A stretch of 61,944 bases of DNA from a virus (IMGVR_UViG_3300036768_001294:1-61944), one strand, 5' to 3'. Shown: positions 38,353 through 46,961, counted from the first letter of the stretch. Numbers and translations are program-made. The notes: generated from the letters alone by a model not told the origin.

Positions 38353-38403
38353 TGAGGGTCAAATTTTGACCCTCTATTTCTGAACCTCACTTTCTGACCC
38401 TCC
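38353..38403 (-). repeat. Array of four TGA-N3-TC(A) sites at 14-bp period (left array)
   Basis: TGAGGGTCA 38353, TGACCCTCT 38367, TGAACCTCA 38381, TGACCCTCC 38395. Confidence 0.8.
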
Positions 38404-38594
38404 ACAATCGCCTCTCATTTTGATAGGCCACCCCCGTTTCGGAAGTGGGAGTTTTCGTGTTCCTTGTTGCCCAGAATTACAATATCGTAATCCGATAACA
38501 TAAGTGCTGGATTTATAAGGGGGCAATTTCAAAAAAAATAAAGTGCCGAGCTGCGAGGCCACATCTGGCGCGGGTTTGCAGGCTTTTTAGGCCC

Positions 38595-39480
38595 TAGACG
38601 AGGCAGCTGGTGGGGCTAGAGCGACCAGCGGTTAGGGCAAAGCCAGGCAGCATAGGCGATGACGTGGGGAAAGAGTTGCGGGCCCGCGCGGGGCCGGCGT
38701 CGGTGGGGCCGCGTCGCCCCCGGGCATGCTGCGTGCAGGGGGCGGGCGCGGGGGCCGCCGAGGGCGCGTGGGCGGTTGGGGGCGGGGCGAGCGCCTGGGC
38801 GGGCCTGGCGGCTGCGGCACGCATCATGCCCTGGGGGCTGCGGGCGTGGGGCGGCGGCACGGGCACGAGATAGCCGCTGGGCCGATCCGGCGGGTGAGTC
38901 CTGGGGCCGTGGGAGACCGCCAAGCCCCGCCAAACCTGGGCGTCCCGGGAGTGTGGCGGGAGTTGGCCATAGTTTCATCCCACCCACTCCCACCCTAAAC
39001 ACACCAGCTCAAGCGGCCAGAGCCGGCCAAGCCGCGTGGCTGGCCGGTTCCGTATACCCCCCGGGGGTATCGAGGCCAAGCCAGACGGGCGCGTCCGGGG
39101 GGTCTCACCAGCGTCTGGCAGTTTGGTGGTGAGAAGTGTCGGTGCGCCGGGGCGCTCGGGCATGCCGCTGGCAGGCGCTGCGCGCTGGCCAGCGTCACGC
39201 CCTTCGCTTCGGGGCGTGGAGGCGCCGGGCTGGTCTCCGCGGGCGTTGGGCTGGGCCGTGGGTCCACTCCGTGCTTCCCGCTGCACGGCGCGTCCCGCCC
39301 CTGGGAGCGGGTTGGTGGGGCCGTGGGTCTACCCAGTGCTTCTCGCCCAGCTCGGTGCCCCGCCCCCCAATGGCTCGCTCTGCCTAGGGGCCTCTGCTGC
39401 TGGGGCCTGTTCAGGTTGCCACCCACGCTTCTTGGGCCTGTTCGGGTTGTCACGGCTGCTTCTTGGCTCCGCGCTATATA
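38595..39480. other. Very GC-rich island with no credible gene
   Basis: Visibly far higher GC than the flanks; all six frames give only low-complexity A/R/P/G ORFs without RBS. Confidence 0.75.
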
Positions 39481-39906
39481 CCTCCCTCCCCCTGGGGGAG
39501 TGAGAACCTGAACTAAATATATATATCTCCCCCGGGGGGATCTTTGTACCCCCCCTCCCCCCTCAGATATAGTTGTCTATTCCTCAAAATTTGAAGATTG
39601 CCTAATTGCAGCCACGTTTTCACCAACCCCCTAATTTTTCTGCACGAGGCTTGGGCGTTCCCCCGCTCGGGCGTGTGTGGTGGGCATAGGCGCTGGTGGC
39701 AAGCGGAGCCGTGGAGAAGGTCTGGCCCGAGCGGGGTCCGGCCACTCGGCAGAGCCCGAGCCCGCTTCGCGGTCTCGGCCCTACGGGCGAGTGTCCGTAA
39801 CGCCTCCGAACAAATCAGGGCAAGTTCCACTGCTGGGTGAGAAGAAGCGAAAGCAGGAGACGATCCCCCCTAAATCCCCCGCTGGGGGACTTTGGAGAAG
39901 AAAGAG

Positions 39907-40146
39907 CCCGCCCCCTCCCTGAGCTGAGGGGAATATACGCGGGGAAGCTCGCCGCAAGGGACCTCAGCCCTCCCGACATCCGGTTGTATTTGTCGAGCGC
40001 GCATAGGGGATGACACGCGCTCGACAAATCTCCACCGGAACGGTCGGGAGGGGCCGAGGGCTCCCCCGTTGCGGCGAGCGGTCAGTGGTGAAGGAACACA
40101 TACCGCATCACCCGCGTAAAGATCTCAGCTAAGGGGAGGGGGCGGG
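39907..40146. ncRNA. ~240-nt rod-like fold-back (candidate structured RNA or ssDNA element; strand unknown)
   Basis: Nested perfect stems: 39907-19/40134-46, 39922-28/40124-30, 39936-43/40111-18, 39947-57/40069-79, 39968-77/40043-52, 39979-84/40034-39, 39988-40001/40016-29. Confidence 0.55.
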
Positions 40147-40154
40147 TTTAAAAC

Positions 40155-40205
40155 TGAGGGTCAACGTGTGAGGGTCAGATTTTGAGGGTCAGAAATTGAT
40201 AGTCA
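40155..40205 (+). repeat. Array of four TGA-N3-TCA sites at 14-bp period (right array)
   Basis: TGAGGGTCA at 40155, 40169, 40183; TGATAGTCA at 40197. Confidence 0.85.
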
Positions 40206-40359
40206 GCAGGGGGAAGAGTGAGGATTGGGGGAGTGGCTCAAGGGAGCCGAAAAAAAGTTTGTGTGAGATTAAAGGATCGTGAGGACATGCCGATAATTAA
40301 ATTAGGCAAATACTTTGTGTTGTCTGGGGGAATTGTTGGACAATTGGAGGGAGAAGGCC

Positions 40360-41550
40360 ATGTACCAAGACTTCTTAGCATTCAATCATTTCACGGCAAC
40401 AGGCGAGAAGACGTTTCGGGTTTACGAGGCGCTCATAGAGCATGAGCACTGCAATGCATTGGAGCCATTAGCCGATCACTTCCCAGAGCATCGGGAAGGA
40501 GAGGCGACAGAATTAGATCCACATTATCCCATTGATCCGGCCTTTCATCATCGCCCTGATTCATTTGAGCCCGCCCCATGCGGGCTTTCGACGAGGCAAC
40601 GGATTGACTGGGAGGACCTTCGTCTCAAAGGCGGCAGGGTGATAGGCCGCCATGAAGTAGTCTCGGACATGCCGTATTATCTTACAGCGCAGTTTATTGC
40701 TCGCAAATTGGGCTGCACCGTGGCCCAAGGCCAAATTCTATCGCGTCTGTGGCAGGCCTTAGATGCCACTGAATCCATGGTGCTGGAATTTGCAGAGCAG
40801 TTTCAATCTGCGGATATGGCGATTCAGTACTTTTCTGAGTTGGTAGAACAACTGCCAGTGATCGATCCGGACGATGCGCTTGAGCATCGTGTCGAGAGCG
40901 ATGTAGCCAATCTGTATCATGACATGACGGCGGAGAAGGCATTGTTGGCACTGGAGAAGGTCCCTAGTGCCGCAATGATTGCTCACAGACTCAATGTCTC
41001 GCTGGCAAGAGCTGGTGAGATTCGCGAAGAGTTGTTACTGGCGGTATCCGATCCGCAGGTAGGCATGATGGGCGAAGACGAAGAAGAAGATGAATTGGAA
41101 GAGGAAGAGGACGATGCCGATCTTCGGGCGTGTCTTTCTGAAGGTTGGCACTTGATGGATGACCTGGATGACAGGGACCCAGATTCCTGGCTGCAAAGCC
41201 AGCCCGCTCATATCCAGGTTATCATTTCTAAAGTCCGTCGGGCCACGACCTTGGCAGAGCTAGGTCGCTTGGCTCAGCGTCTATATGCTGAGCCCGAGCG
41301 TTGGTCCAAGGTGCAGTCCGGGGCGTTCTGGGCTGAGTATTCGGCCCGGAAGCAGCACATTCAGCATGATCTCATTCACCGCCATGCTCGCCTGCGGCGC
41401 GCCCTGGAGAAGCTGCGCACCCTCCATGGCGCCGATTTGGCCAGGGCGGGGAAGCGCTTGTTCCTCTTGCAGAGGGAGCAACCATCCTTCTATACCCAGG
41501 ATGGTTGGACCCTCTTATGGGGAGAATATAAGGCCCTGAAGTCTAGGTAA
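40360..41550 (+). CDS. Hypothetical protein with two HTH-like repeats, an acidic tract and two C-terminal helical repeats
   Basis: RBS GGAGG; AQFIARKLGCTVAQG / AAMIAHRLNVSLARA; EDEEEDELEEEEDD; FWAEYSARK / LWGEYKALK. Confidence 0.65.
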   Translation: MYQDFLAFNHFTATGEKTFRVYEALIEHEHCNALEPLADHFPEHREGEATELDPHYPIDPAFHHRPDSFEPAPCGLSTRQRIDWEDLRLKGGRVIGRHEVVSDMPYYLTAQFIARKLGCTVAQGQILSRLWQALDATESMVLEFAEQFQSADMAIQYFSELVEQLPVIDPDDALEHRVESDVANLYHDMTAEKALLALEKVPSAAMIAHRLNVSLARAGEIREELLLAVSDPQVGMMGEDEEEDELEEEEDDADLRACLSEGWHLMDDLDDRDPDSWLQSQPAHIQVIISKVRRATTLAELGRLAQRLYAEPERWSKVQSGAFWAEYSARKQHIQHDLIHRHARLRRALEKLRTLHGADLARAGKRLFLLQREQPSFYTQDGWTLLWGEYKALKSR

Positions 41551-41704
41551 CCGTCAAGGGACGGGGAAGATGTTTATCTTTCCCCGTCCTAATTTTTCGC
41601 GGAACAAAACCGTCAAGGGACGGGAAAGAAGTCTTCGGTGTCCGTCCTTGGCATAAAAATTGCGGGCAAAAAATCGCCTCGCTGCGCTCGGCGATTTTTT
41701 GCCC
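41549..41704. repeat. Intergenic direct and inverted repeats
   Basis: AACCGTCAAGGGACGGG x2 (41549, 41608); hairpin GGACGGGGAA/TTCCCCGTCC; 15-bp IR GGGCAAAAAATCGCC/GGCGATTTTTTGCCC (41664-41704). Confidence 0.8.
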
Positions 41705-41797
41705 ATCGGCGTGCTTGACGTTATCGAGAATAGGCCCTCTAAATTGAATGGTATCTGTGTGGGGGCGAGTTAGGAGGTTTAGAAGGCTAGTAGCTAG

Positions 41798-42127
41798 ATG
41801 GAGGATAAAGGCATGATCAGAGTTGAGAATTATCGGACCTACACCGGTCCGGGTGAATATGTAGGAAGGCCATTCCCGCTCGGCAACCCGTTTATGATTG
41901 GACAAGATGGAAGCCGGGAAGAAGTCATTGAGAAGTATCGACAATGGCTTCGTCAGCAATGGCGGAAAGGCGGAGTGGTGAAGGAAGAGTTGCTGTGTCT
42001 TGTCGAGAAGTATAAAAGGAAAGGGTCTTTAGTCCTAGTGTGTCATTGCGCGCCGCTGCCGTGTCATGCCGATGTGATTAAGTCGGCAATCGAGGGGATC
42101 GTGAGGAAAATGCATGTGGGAAATTGA
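41798..42127 (+). CDS. DUF4326 domain protein
   Basis: YVGRP..LGNPF.IG.DG.REEVIEKY..WL, L.C.CAP.PCHADVI. Confidence 0.85.
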   Translation: MEDKGMIRVENYRTYTGPGEYVGRPFPLGNPFMIGQDGSREEVIEKYRQWLRQQWRKGGVVKEELLCLVEKYKRKGSLVLVCHCAPLPCHADVIKSAIEGIVRKMHVGN

Positions 42128-42217
42128 AGAGGATTTGGATTTCGAAAGGAGGTACATGGATATTGATCCAGTGTACCGGAAGTTTAAACGCTTTAGTAGT
42201 GATGAAAGGAGTCTATT

Positions 42218-42442
42218 ATGCTAATTCGAGCATCGCTCTTCATCTGGTTTGCAGCAACCTTCTTCACTTTAGTATCGTCGATCTATTTAGTGAAGCATGC
42301 CCAACCGCCGGAGCAGCCGCGTCCAATAATCATCATCGTGCCGGCACCGCCCGCCCCGCAGCGGGAGGTGCCGAAAGGCGATGGGATGATATCTGCAAGC
42401 AGTGAAGAAAGGACGACGTTATACATTGACAAGTGGGCGTAA
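42218..42442 (+). CDS. Small membrane protein
   Basis: RBS AAGGAG; single TM then Pro-rich tail. Confidence 0.55.
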   Translation: MLIRASLFIWFAATFFTLVSSIYLVKHAQPPEQPRPIIIIVPAPPAPQREVPKGDGMISASSEERTTLYIDKWA

Positions 42443-42467
42443 AGAGGCTTAAGAAAGGAGAATAGTC

Positions 42468-43235
42468 ATGGATTTTGGAATGTTAAACGCCATCAATCGT
42501 GCGAAACAGAGCTTAACAATGTCCGGCAATCGTGCCTATCAGCGCCATTCACTAATAGTTGAGCTTCATGGGTTGAACAAGATGCGGGTAAGTCGAAAGG
42601 AGATGATCACACGCCGGACAACGTCCTATCTTCCCAACGGCATGATCTTGGTGTACAACATGAAGTATAGTCTAGTTATCTCAGAACCATATTCCGACGC
42701 TGAGATGCCCGAACCTCCCACCCATGAGCTTTACCAGTGCGAGTGGGTTGGGGGAGAGGTCCCGAAGGGATTAGTGTCCTCCTTCATAAATGAGGCTATC
42801 GGCCTTGGATTGATCACGAAGGATGACTTCTCAAACCCCATTGTCAAGGTCTTTACATCCCGTGCCGTTGTAGGCTGGTGGCTTCCCGAAGAAGGATCAT
42901 ATCGGCAAGTCTATCGGCTGAAGGATGAGATCGACGAAGCCATAAGCTCGTCTGAAGTGTTGCTTTCTTCGAAGCGTGTTGAGATTCGAAGGGGGCAGGT
43001 GGAAATGAGCCGCCATTCATGGAATGCCTTCAATGAGACCATTAGCTTGATGGAGGGCGTGTCCCTGACGTTCGGTCGGGGGCGCGAAAGCAGGACGTTG
43101 CCGCCACTGGGATACTCGGCGGGCGAGTACAGTGTCGTTTGGTCGCTGAATGCTGATGGTCCCATCAGCATCGACGACCAGATGATTGATATCGGGACTG
43201 AGACAGTCCCGATCTTCGTGCTGTACCGTCTGTAA
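42468..43235 (+). CDS. Hypothetical protein
   Basis: RBS AAGGAG; 255 aa. Confidence 0.65.
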   Translation: MDFGMLNAINRAKQSLTMSGNRAYQRHSLIVELHGLNKMRVSRKEMITRRTTSYLPNGMILVYNMKYSLVISEPYSDAEMPEPPTHELYQCEWVGGEVPKGLVSSFINEAIGLGLITKDDFSNPIVKVFTSRAVVGWWLPEEGSYRQVYRLKDEIDEAISSSEVLLSSKRVEIRRGQVEMSRHSWNAFNETISLMEGVSLTFGRGRESRTLPPLGYSAGEYSVVWSLNADGPISIDDQMIDIGTETVPIFVLYRL

Positions 43236-43317
43236 CTTTTTGTGCCACGCCTTCCCTCTTCAATGAGACCAAAGTGAGGGGAGGGCGTGGCCTTTTTAAA
43301 AAAAATGGCCCAGAAGT

Positions 43318-43432
43318 TGCATCGACAATGCGACAATGCATCGACAATGCGACAATGCATCGACAATGCGTTAACAAGCATCAACAATGCGTTAACAAGC
43401 ATCAACAATGCGTCGACAATGTGTCGACAATG
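43318..43432. repeat. Compound tandem repeat built on ACAATG / GCATCGACAATG
   Basis: 19-bp unit GCATCGACAATGCGACAAT x2, 21-bp unit GCATCRACAATGCGTTAACAA x2, then GTCGACAATG x2. Confidence 0.9.
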
Positions 43433-43441
43433 GAGGGTATC

Positions 43442-43732
43442 ATGGAGGTTTGGATGGTTGCTGAATCGCATATAGACGGCTATTATGGACAATCTTTTAC
43501 TAACCCTCTCCTCTTTCAAAACGCCGAAAGGGCGATGGCTTGGATTAGAGAGGTTAGGAAAAGATATCAGTTATCATTTGCGCTCATGATGCGTGATCTT
43601 CCCGAGGCAACGCGCACAATTAAGGACTGGCCCCGCCCGGAAGATCTCCAGGATGTGAGCCTCATTGAGTTTACATTCTCAGGTGAAACGACTACGAATC
43701 ACGTCATGATGAGATTACCTGTGGGAGAATAG
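43442..43732 (+). CDS. Hypothetical protein
   Basis: RBS GGAGG right after the repeat; the longer track ORF only reads through the repeat. Confidence 0.6.
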   Translation: MEVWMVAESHIDGYYGQSFTNPLLFQNAERAMAWIREVRKRYQLSFALMMRDLPEATRTIKDWPRPEDLQDVSLIEFTFSGETTTNHVMMRLPVGE

Positions 43733-43734
43733 GA

Positions 43735-44217
43735 GTGTATACATTTACCAGGGTTCTGGGCCTCTTCCGCGGCTCTGCAAAGAGGCGCATGCTAGGCCCA
43801 GAGCCAGGTGGAAAGTTCTGGGGTATTGACCCCTTTCCATGGGGTCAACCCGATTCGGGGAAGAAGACTATCTATCTAGATGAGGAGGCCTTCTTCCGCC
43901 GACATGATAGAGTGTGGCTTGGTATTCCCAATGTTGGCGGGCTTATCTGGAAGCCTATCCAGAGTCCCCATGAGTTAGATCAGTATAATTTTAAATTTGT
44001 GGATGAAGTGAATGGTTTGGGCGAAACAGTAATAATCGTCCGCCCATTTCTCCCACAATTATATGCCATCAAACGGGGCTATCGCTATTCTGCGCCCCGT
44101 TTGATGCGCTGTGATGAATGTGGGCATCACGTTGATGCAATCAAACAGCATCAGCTTGCCCACTGCGATGACTGCTGGTGGGCATGCAACATGTGCCTGG
44201 GTGCATCGACAATGTGA
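43735..44217 (+). CDS. Hypothetical protein with C-terminal Cys cluster
   Basis: CDEC, CDDC, CNMC. Confidence 0.55.
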   Translation: MYTFTRVLGLFRGSAKRRMLGPEPGGKFWGIDPFPWGQPDSGKKTIYLDEEAFFRRHDRVWLGIPNVGGLIWKPIQSPHELDQYNFKFVDEVNGLGETVIIVRPFLPQLYAIKRGYRYSAPRLMRCDECGHHVDAIKQHQLAHCDDCWWACNMCLGASTM

Positions 44218-44233
44218 GAATGAAGGAGAAAAT

Positions 44234-44653
44234 ATGCTTATTAATTTGACCAATCATCCCAGCGCAACATGGTCTTCCGAGCAGCGGGAGGCTGCTATCT
44301 CCCGCTACGGCGAAATCGTGGATGTCCAATTTCCATACATCTCGCCGACCGCTAGCCGGTCAGATGTGGCTAAGCTGGCACAAGAGTATGTCAATAGATG
44401 CCGTTCTCTTTTACCCGATCCATACCGGCATGCCCCAACATGCCAGCTAGATCCCTGTGATTGCCCAGACGATGCTATCCATCTGATGGGCGAAATTTCA
44501 TTCGTGCTCTTATTCGCCCGCGCCTGGGGTGGCGTGGGCGATGATGACTCTCTAGCTCCAATCGTTGTTTCCACTACAGAGCGAGTAGTGGAAGACCTTG
44601 GGGGAGGGCAGAAAAAGGCTACCTTCAAGTTTATTTCTTTCCGAGAACTCTGA
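44234..44653 (+). CDS. Csx20/Csx15-like CRISPR-associated protein; candidate cyclic-oligoadenylate ring nuclease
   Basis: MLINLTNHPS..WS.EQ..AA..YG.IVD..FP.I.P, IHLMGE, STTER..E...K...FKF..FR; RBS AAGGAG. Confidence 0.65.
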   Translation: MLINLTNHPSATWSSEQREAAISRYGEIVDVQFPYISPTASRSDVAKLAQEYVNRCRSLLPDPYRHAPTCQLDPCDCPDDAIHLMGEISFVLLFARAWGGVGDDDSLAPIVVSTTERVVEDLGGGQKKATFKFISFREL

Positions 44654-44664
44654 GAGGTGGAGAC

Positions 44665-44898
44665 ATGTATACGGTCTATAATGATGTTGGTGGTATAATC
44701 CATCGAGGTTGCTCCTTAGAGCGTGCCATGCAGGTTGCTATCAACGATGATACGGCCGAGCCATATATTCATTCGGCCAGAGGTAAGCGGCCGGTCGTTC
44801 TTGACCAGAGAGGACAGCCTCATCTCGGAAATTATGGTGAGTCGCTTGATGACTTTCGTGACCGCCTATATGCGACCGACCAGGCATCATATTTCTGA
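44665..44898 (+). CDS. Hypothetical protein, paralog of the N-terminus of 57381..57839
   Basis: MY.VYN..GG.I..G.SL..AM, YI..ARGKRPV, G.P.LG..GE..D.F.DRL in both. Confidence 0.7.
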   Translation: MYTVYNDVGGIIHRGCSLERAMQVAINDDTAEPYIHSARGKRPVVLDQRGQPHLGNYGESLDDFRDRLYATDQASYF

Positions 44899-44934
44899 GG
44901 CATGCCTGTTTCATGGCTACAAGGGAAGACCACG

Positions 44935-45405
44935 ATGGCAATCGAGAACCCACCTGATACGCCGATTTCAGAGTGGCTCTCCGGCATCGACAATCTGCTC
45001 GCTGAGATCGAGGCCGGGGATGCTGTGCCAGCGACGGTGCCGGTGATGCTGCCCCCAATTATTTGCTGGGGGTGTCACGGCGAGATTATTAACCCTCCTG
45101 CATGGGTTGTTGATCTCATGCGGGAGGCCGAAGATGCTGGACTCTATGAGTCTATTGCCGAGATTAACCATCGAGGCACGCGCGGCGTCAACTGCTATGG
45201 CTACGACGAGGGGCGTGGCCTAGCAGTGATTCAGGTGCAATATGTTTTCGGCCGTTATCGGCACCTGCGTAAGAGCTACTTTTTGATTGGGCGTGCAGAG
45301 CAGGGACGCATCTTTGTGCGCCCCGTTGGGTCACCCAGGCGCCTTAAGAAAATTCCAAAGCGGCCCGAGGCGATTGTCCAGGCCGTGCTCTGCCGCATCC
45401 AGTGA
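44935..45405 (+). CDS. Hypothetical protein
   Basis: ORF track; start chosen by RBS. Confidence 0.55.
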   Translation: MAIENPPDTPISEWLSGIDNLLAEIEAGDAVPATVPVMLPPIICWGCHGEIINPPAWVVDLMREAEDAGLYESIAEINHRGTRGVNCYGYDEGRGLAVIQVQYVFGRYRHLRKSYFLIGRAEQGRIFVRPVGSPRRLKKIPKRPEAIVQAVLCRIQ

Positions 45406-45429
45406 TGGGAGGCTATAGAGGAGAAAAAT

Positions 45430-45948
45430 ATGAAGGTAATCACCTCAAGCGAGGAAATCTTAACCACCACCTGGAGCCGTCATCCTTCATCCCAGAGCTA
45501 CTGGGTGAAGCGGCTCAAGGCTATCTGGGATGAGTGGATGCCAGATCGCCTTATCTTTGATGGCGATGGCCGTAAGGTTGGGCCTCGTGATATTGTCTAC
45601 CGCCCTGCCACCGCGGGGCGCTGGGGGCGCTCGTCTGCTGTGTACGTTGGGCGAGCGCTCAAGCGAGAGCGTGCGGCCCGTGAGGCAGCCCAGCAGGAAA
45701 AGCGTGAGGCTGAGGCGCTTGCGCCTTATGAGGATGTACTTCATGAGGTGCTAAGTGCCTGTGGGGCCGAGGGATGCTTTGCTGTCAGTCTCCCTCCTGC
45801 ATGGATGCGGGTAGGTGGTGGCATCATGGTGCATGAACGGCTCCATGATGCCGGCGGGAGCCTAGGGTATCGCGTTGAAAGTCCTGCTGCGCTCCGAGAG
45901 CACCTACTAAGAGCTATTCCCGGCCACCGGCAAATCTATCACCAGTAA
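45430..45948 (+). CDS. Hypothetical protein
   Basis: RBS GGAG; 172 aa. Confidence 0.55.
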   Translation: MKVITSSEEILTTTWSRHPSSQSYWVKRLKAIWDEWMPDRLIFDGDGRKVGPRDIVYRPATAGRWGRSSAVYVGRALKRERAAREAAQQEKREAEALAPYEDVLHEVLSACGAEGCFAVSLPPAWMRVGGGIMVHERLHDAGGSLGYRVESPAALREHLLRAIPGHRQIYHQ

Positions 45949-46100
45949 ATTTGCATGCTGCTTTTTTACGAGGATGACCAGAACGAGGAAGCTTACTCGC
46001 TGGACGGCCCATATCGATGGCGTGGGAGATGAGGAGTAAGAATGATGGACCATGCAACCGCGGCCCTTTCAAATTTTAGCCCGCACTGAAGGGTAAGAAG

Positions 46101-46424
46101 ATGAAGCACATTAATCTTACGGTGAAATTCCTACGACAGGCATACAAACGGGCTAAGTCTATTCCAGGTTATGGATGGTGGTATCTCGTAGAGGATGAAC
46201 GGTTTGGAGGGTGCACGTATGAGTGTCCCTTCCATGTAGTATCCGGTGCTACATCCGAGAGTGAGGCTGCCGATGCGTTTCAGGTTCAGATCTGCTGTAT
46301 CGATGGCTTCCTCTCCGGATGGGATGGCGAGGATAAGATCGTCTTTCCCGATGAGTGTGAGCGGTGCTTTCGGCTTGGCAAGAAGCTGCGCGCCATACTT
46401 CATCCCGTACCAATCGATGGCTGA
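46101..46424 (+). CDS. Cys-rich small protein, paralog 1 of 3
   Basis: L...YK, G.W, Y.CP, C...F..GWD, CxxC..LG..L...L.P. Confidence 0.7.
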   Translation: MKHINLTVKFLRQAYKRAKSIPGYGWWYLVEDERFGGCTYECPFHVVSGATSESEAADAFQVQICCIDGFLSGWDGEDKIVFPDECERCFRLGKKLRAILHPVPIDG

Positions 46425-46441
46425 TTAACTTGGGAGAAATT

Positions 46442-46651
46442 ATGAAACGTGACAAAAATTCCCGAGCCCATCCACGATGTGAGGTGCATCCAGAGCGCCG
46501 CGGTTATCCCTTGGTGGGATACTGCCGTGATGGTGGTGGTGTCTTATATTTCTGTGATTCCTGTACAGCGCAAGCGCTACATAGTACTGTTGCGGATGTT
46601 CGCGAAGCTCGTCGGCTTCAGAAAGAGGCTTTAAACGATGAAGCATATTGA
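46442..46651 (+). CDS. Small hypothetical protein (CxxH ... CxxC)
   Basis: RBS GGAG before ATG 46442, within track ORF 46364..46651. Confidence 0.45.
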   Translation: MKRDKNSRAHPRCEVHPERRGYPLVGYCRDGGGVLYFCDSCTAQALHSTVADVREARRLQKEALNDEAY

Positions 46652-46961
46652 ATGCTCCATTCAGGAGCTCCGTTCATTGTACAAACACCACAATGTGCGC
46701 CCATGCAAGGGCGCTTGGTTTCACTTCGATGTCGAAGATGGATTGATTTATCATTGCCCCTTATATCTTATGTATGGGCTGAATCAGCCGTCAGAGATTC
46801 GACGTATCTACGGTATTCCAGTGGATTGCAGCTGGAGTTTTGTGAGAGGCTGGGACAACTCACCAGTTACGATTCTGTCATGCCCACAGTGCTATGAGCT
46901 TGGCCAGAAGCTGAGCCGGAAATTGCGTCCTAAGCATTTTGAGCAGGAGGAAGAATTTTAA
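46638..46961 (+). CDS. Cys-rich small protein, paralog 2 of 3
   Basis: Same motif set (YHCPL, FVRGWD, CPQCYELG.KL.RKL.PK). Confidence 0.7.
   Translation: MKHIECSIQELRSLYKHHNVRPCKGAWFHFDVEDGLIYHCPLYLMYGLNQPSEIRRIYGIPVDCSWSFVRGWDNSPVTILSCPQCYELGQKLSRKLRPKHFEQEEEF

Noticed and set aside
38594-40027. Many overlapping 60-157 aa ORFs in the GC island
   Set aside because: Low-complexity A/R/P/G translations in all frames, no RBS or motifs; expected from stop-codon scarcity at high GC
41543-41959. 138-aa minus-strand ORF and similar antisense ORFs across the window
   Set aside because: Overlap better-supported plus-strand genes or repeats and have no motifs
43318-43432. CRISPR array or coding repeat (MRQCIDNA...)
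   Set aside because: Units are contiguous with no unique spacers; the best RBS lies after the repeat, so the peptide repeat is probably not translated
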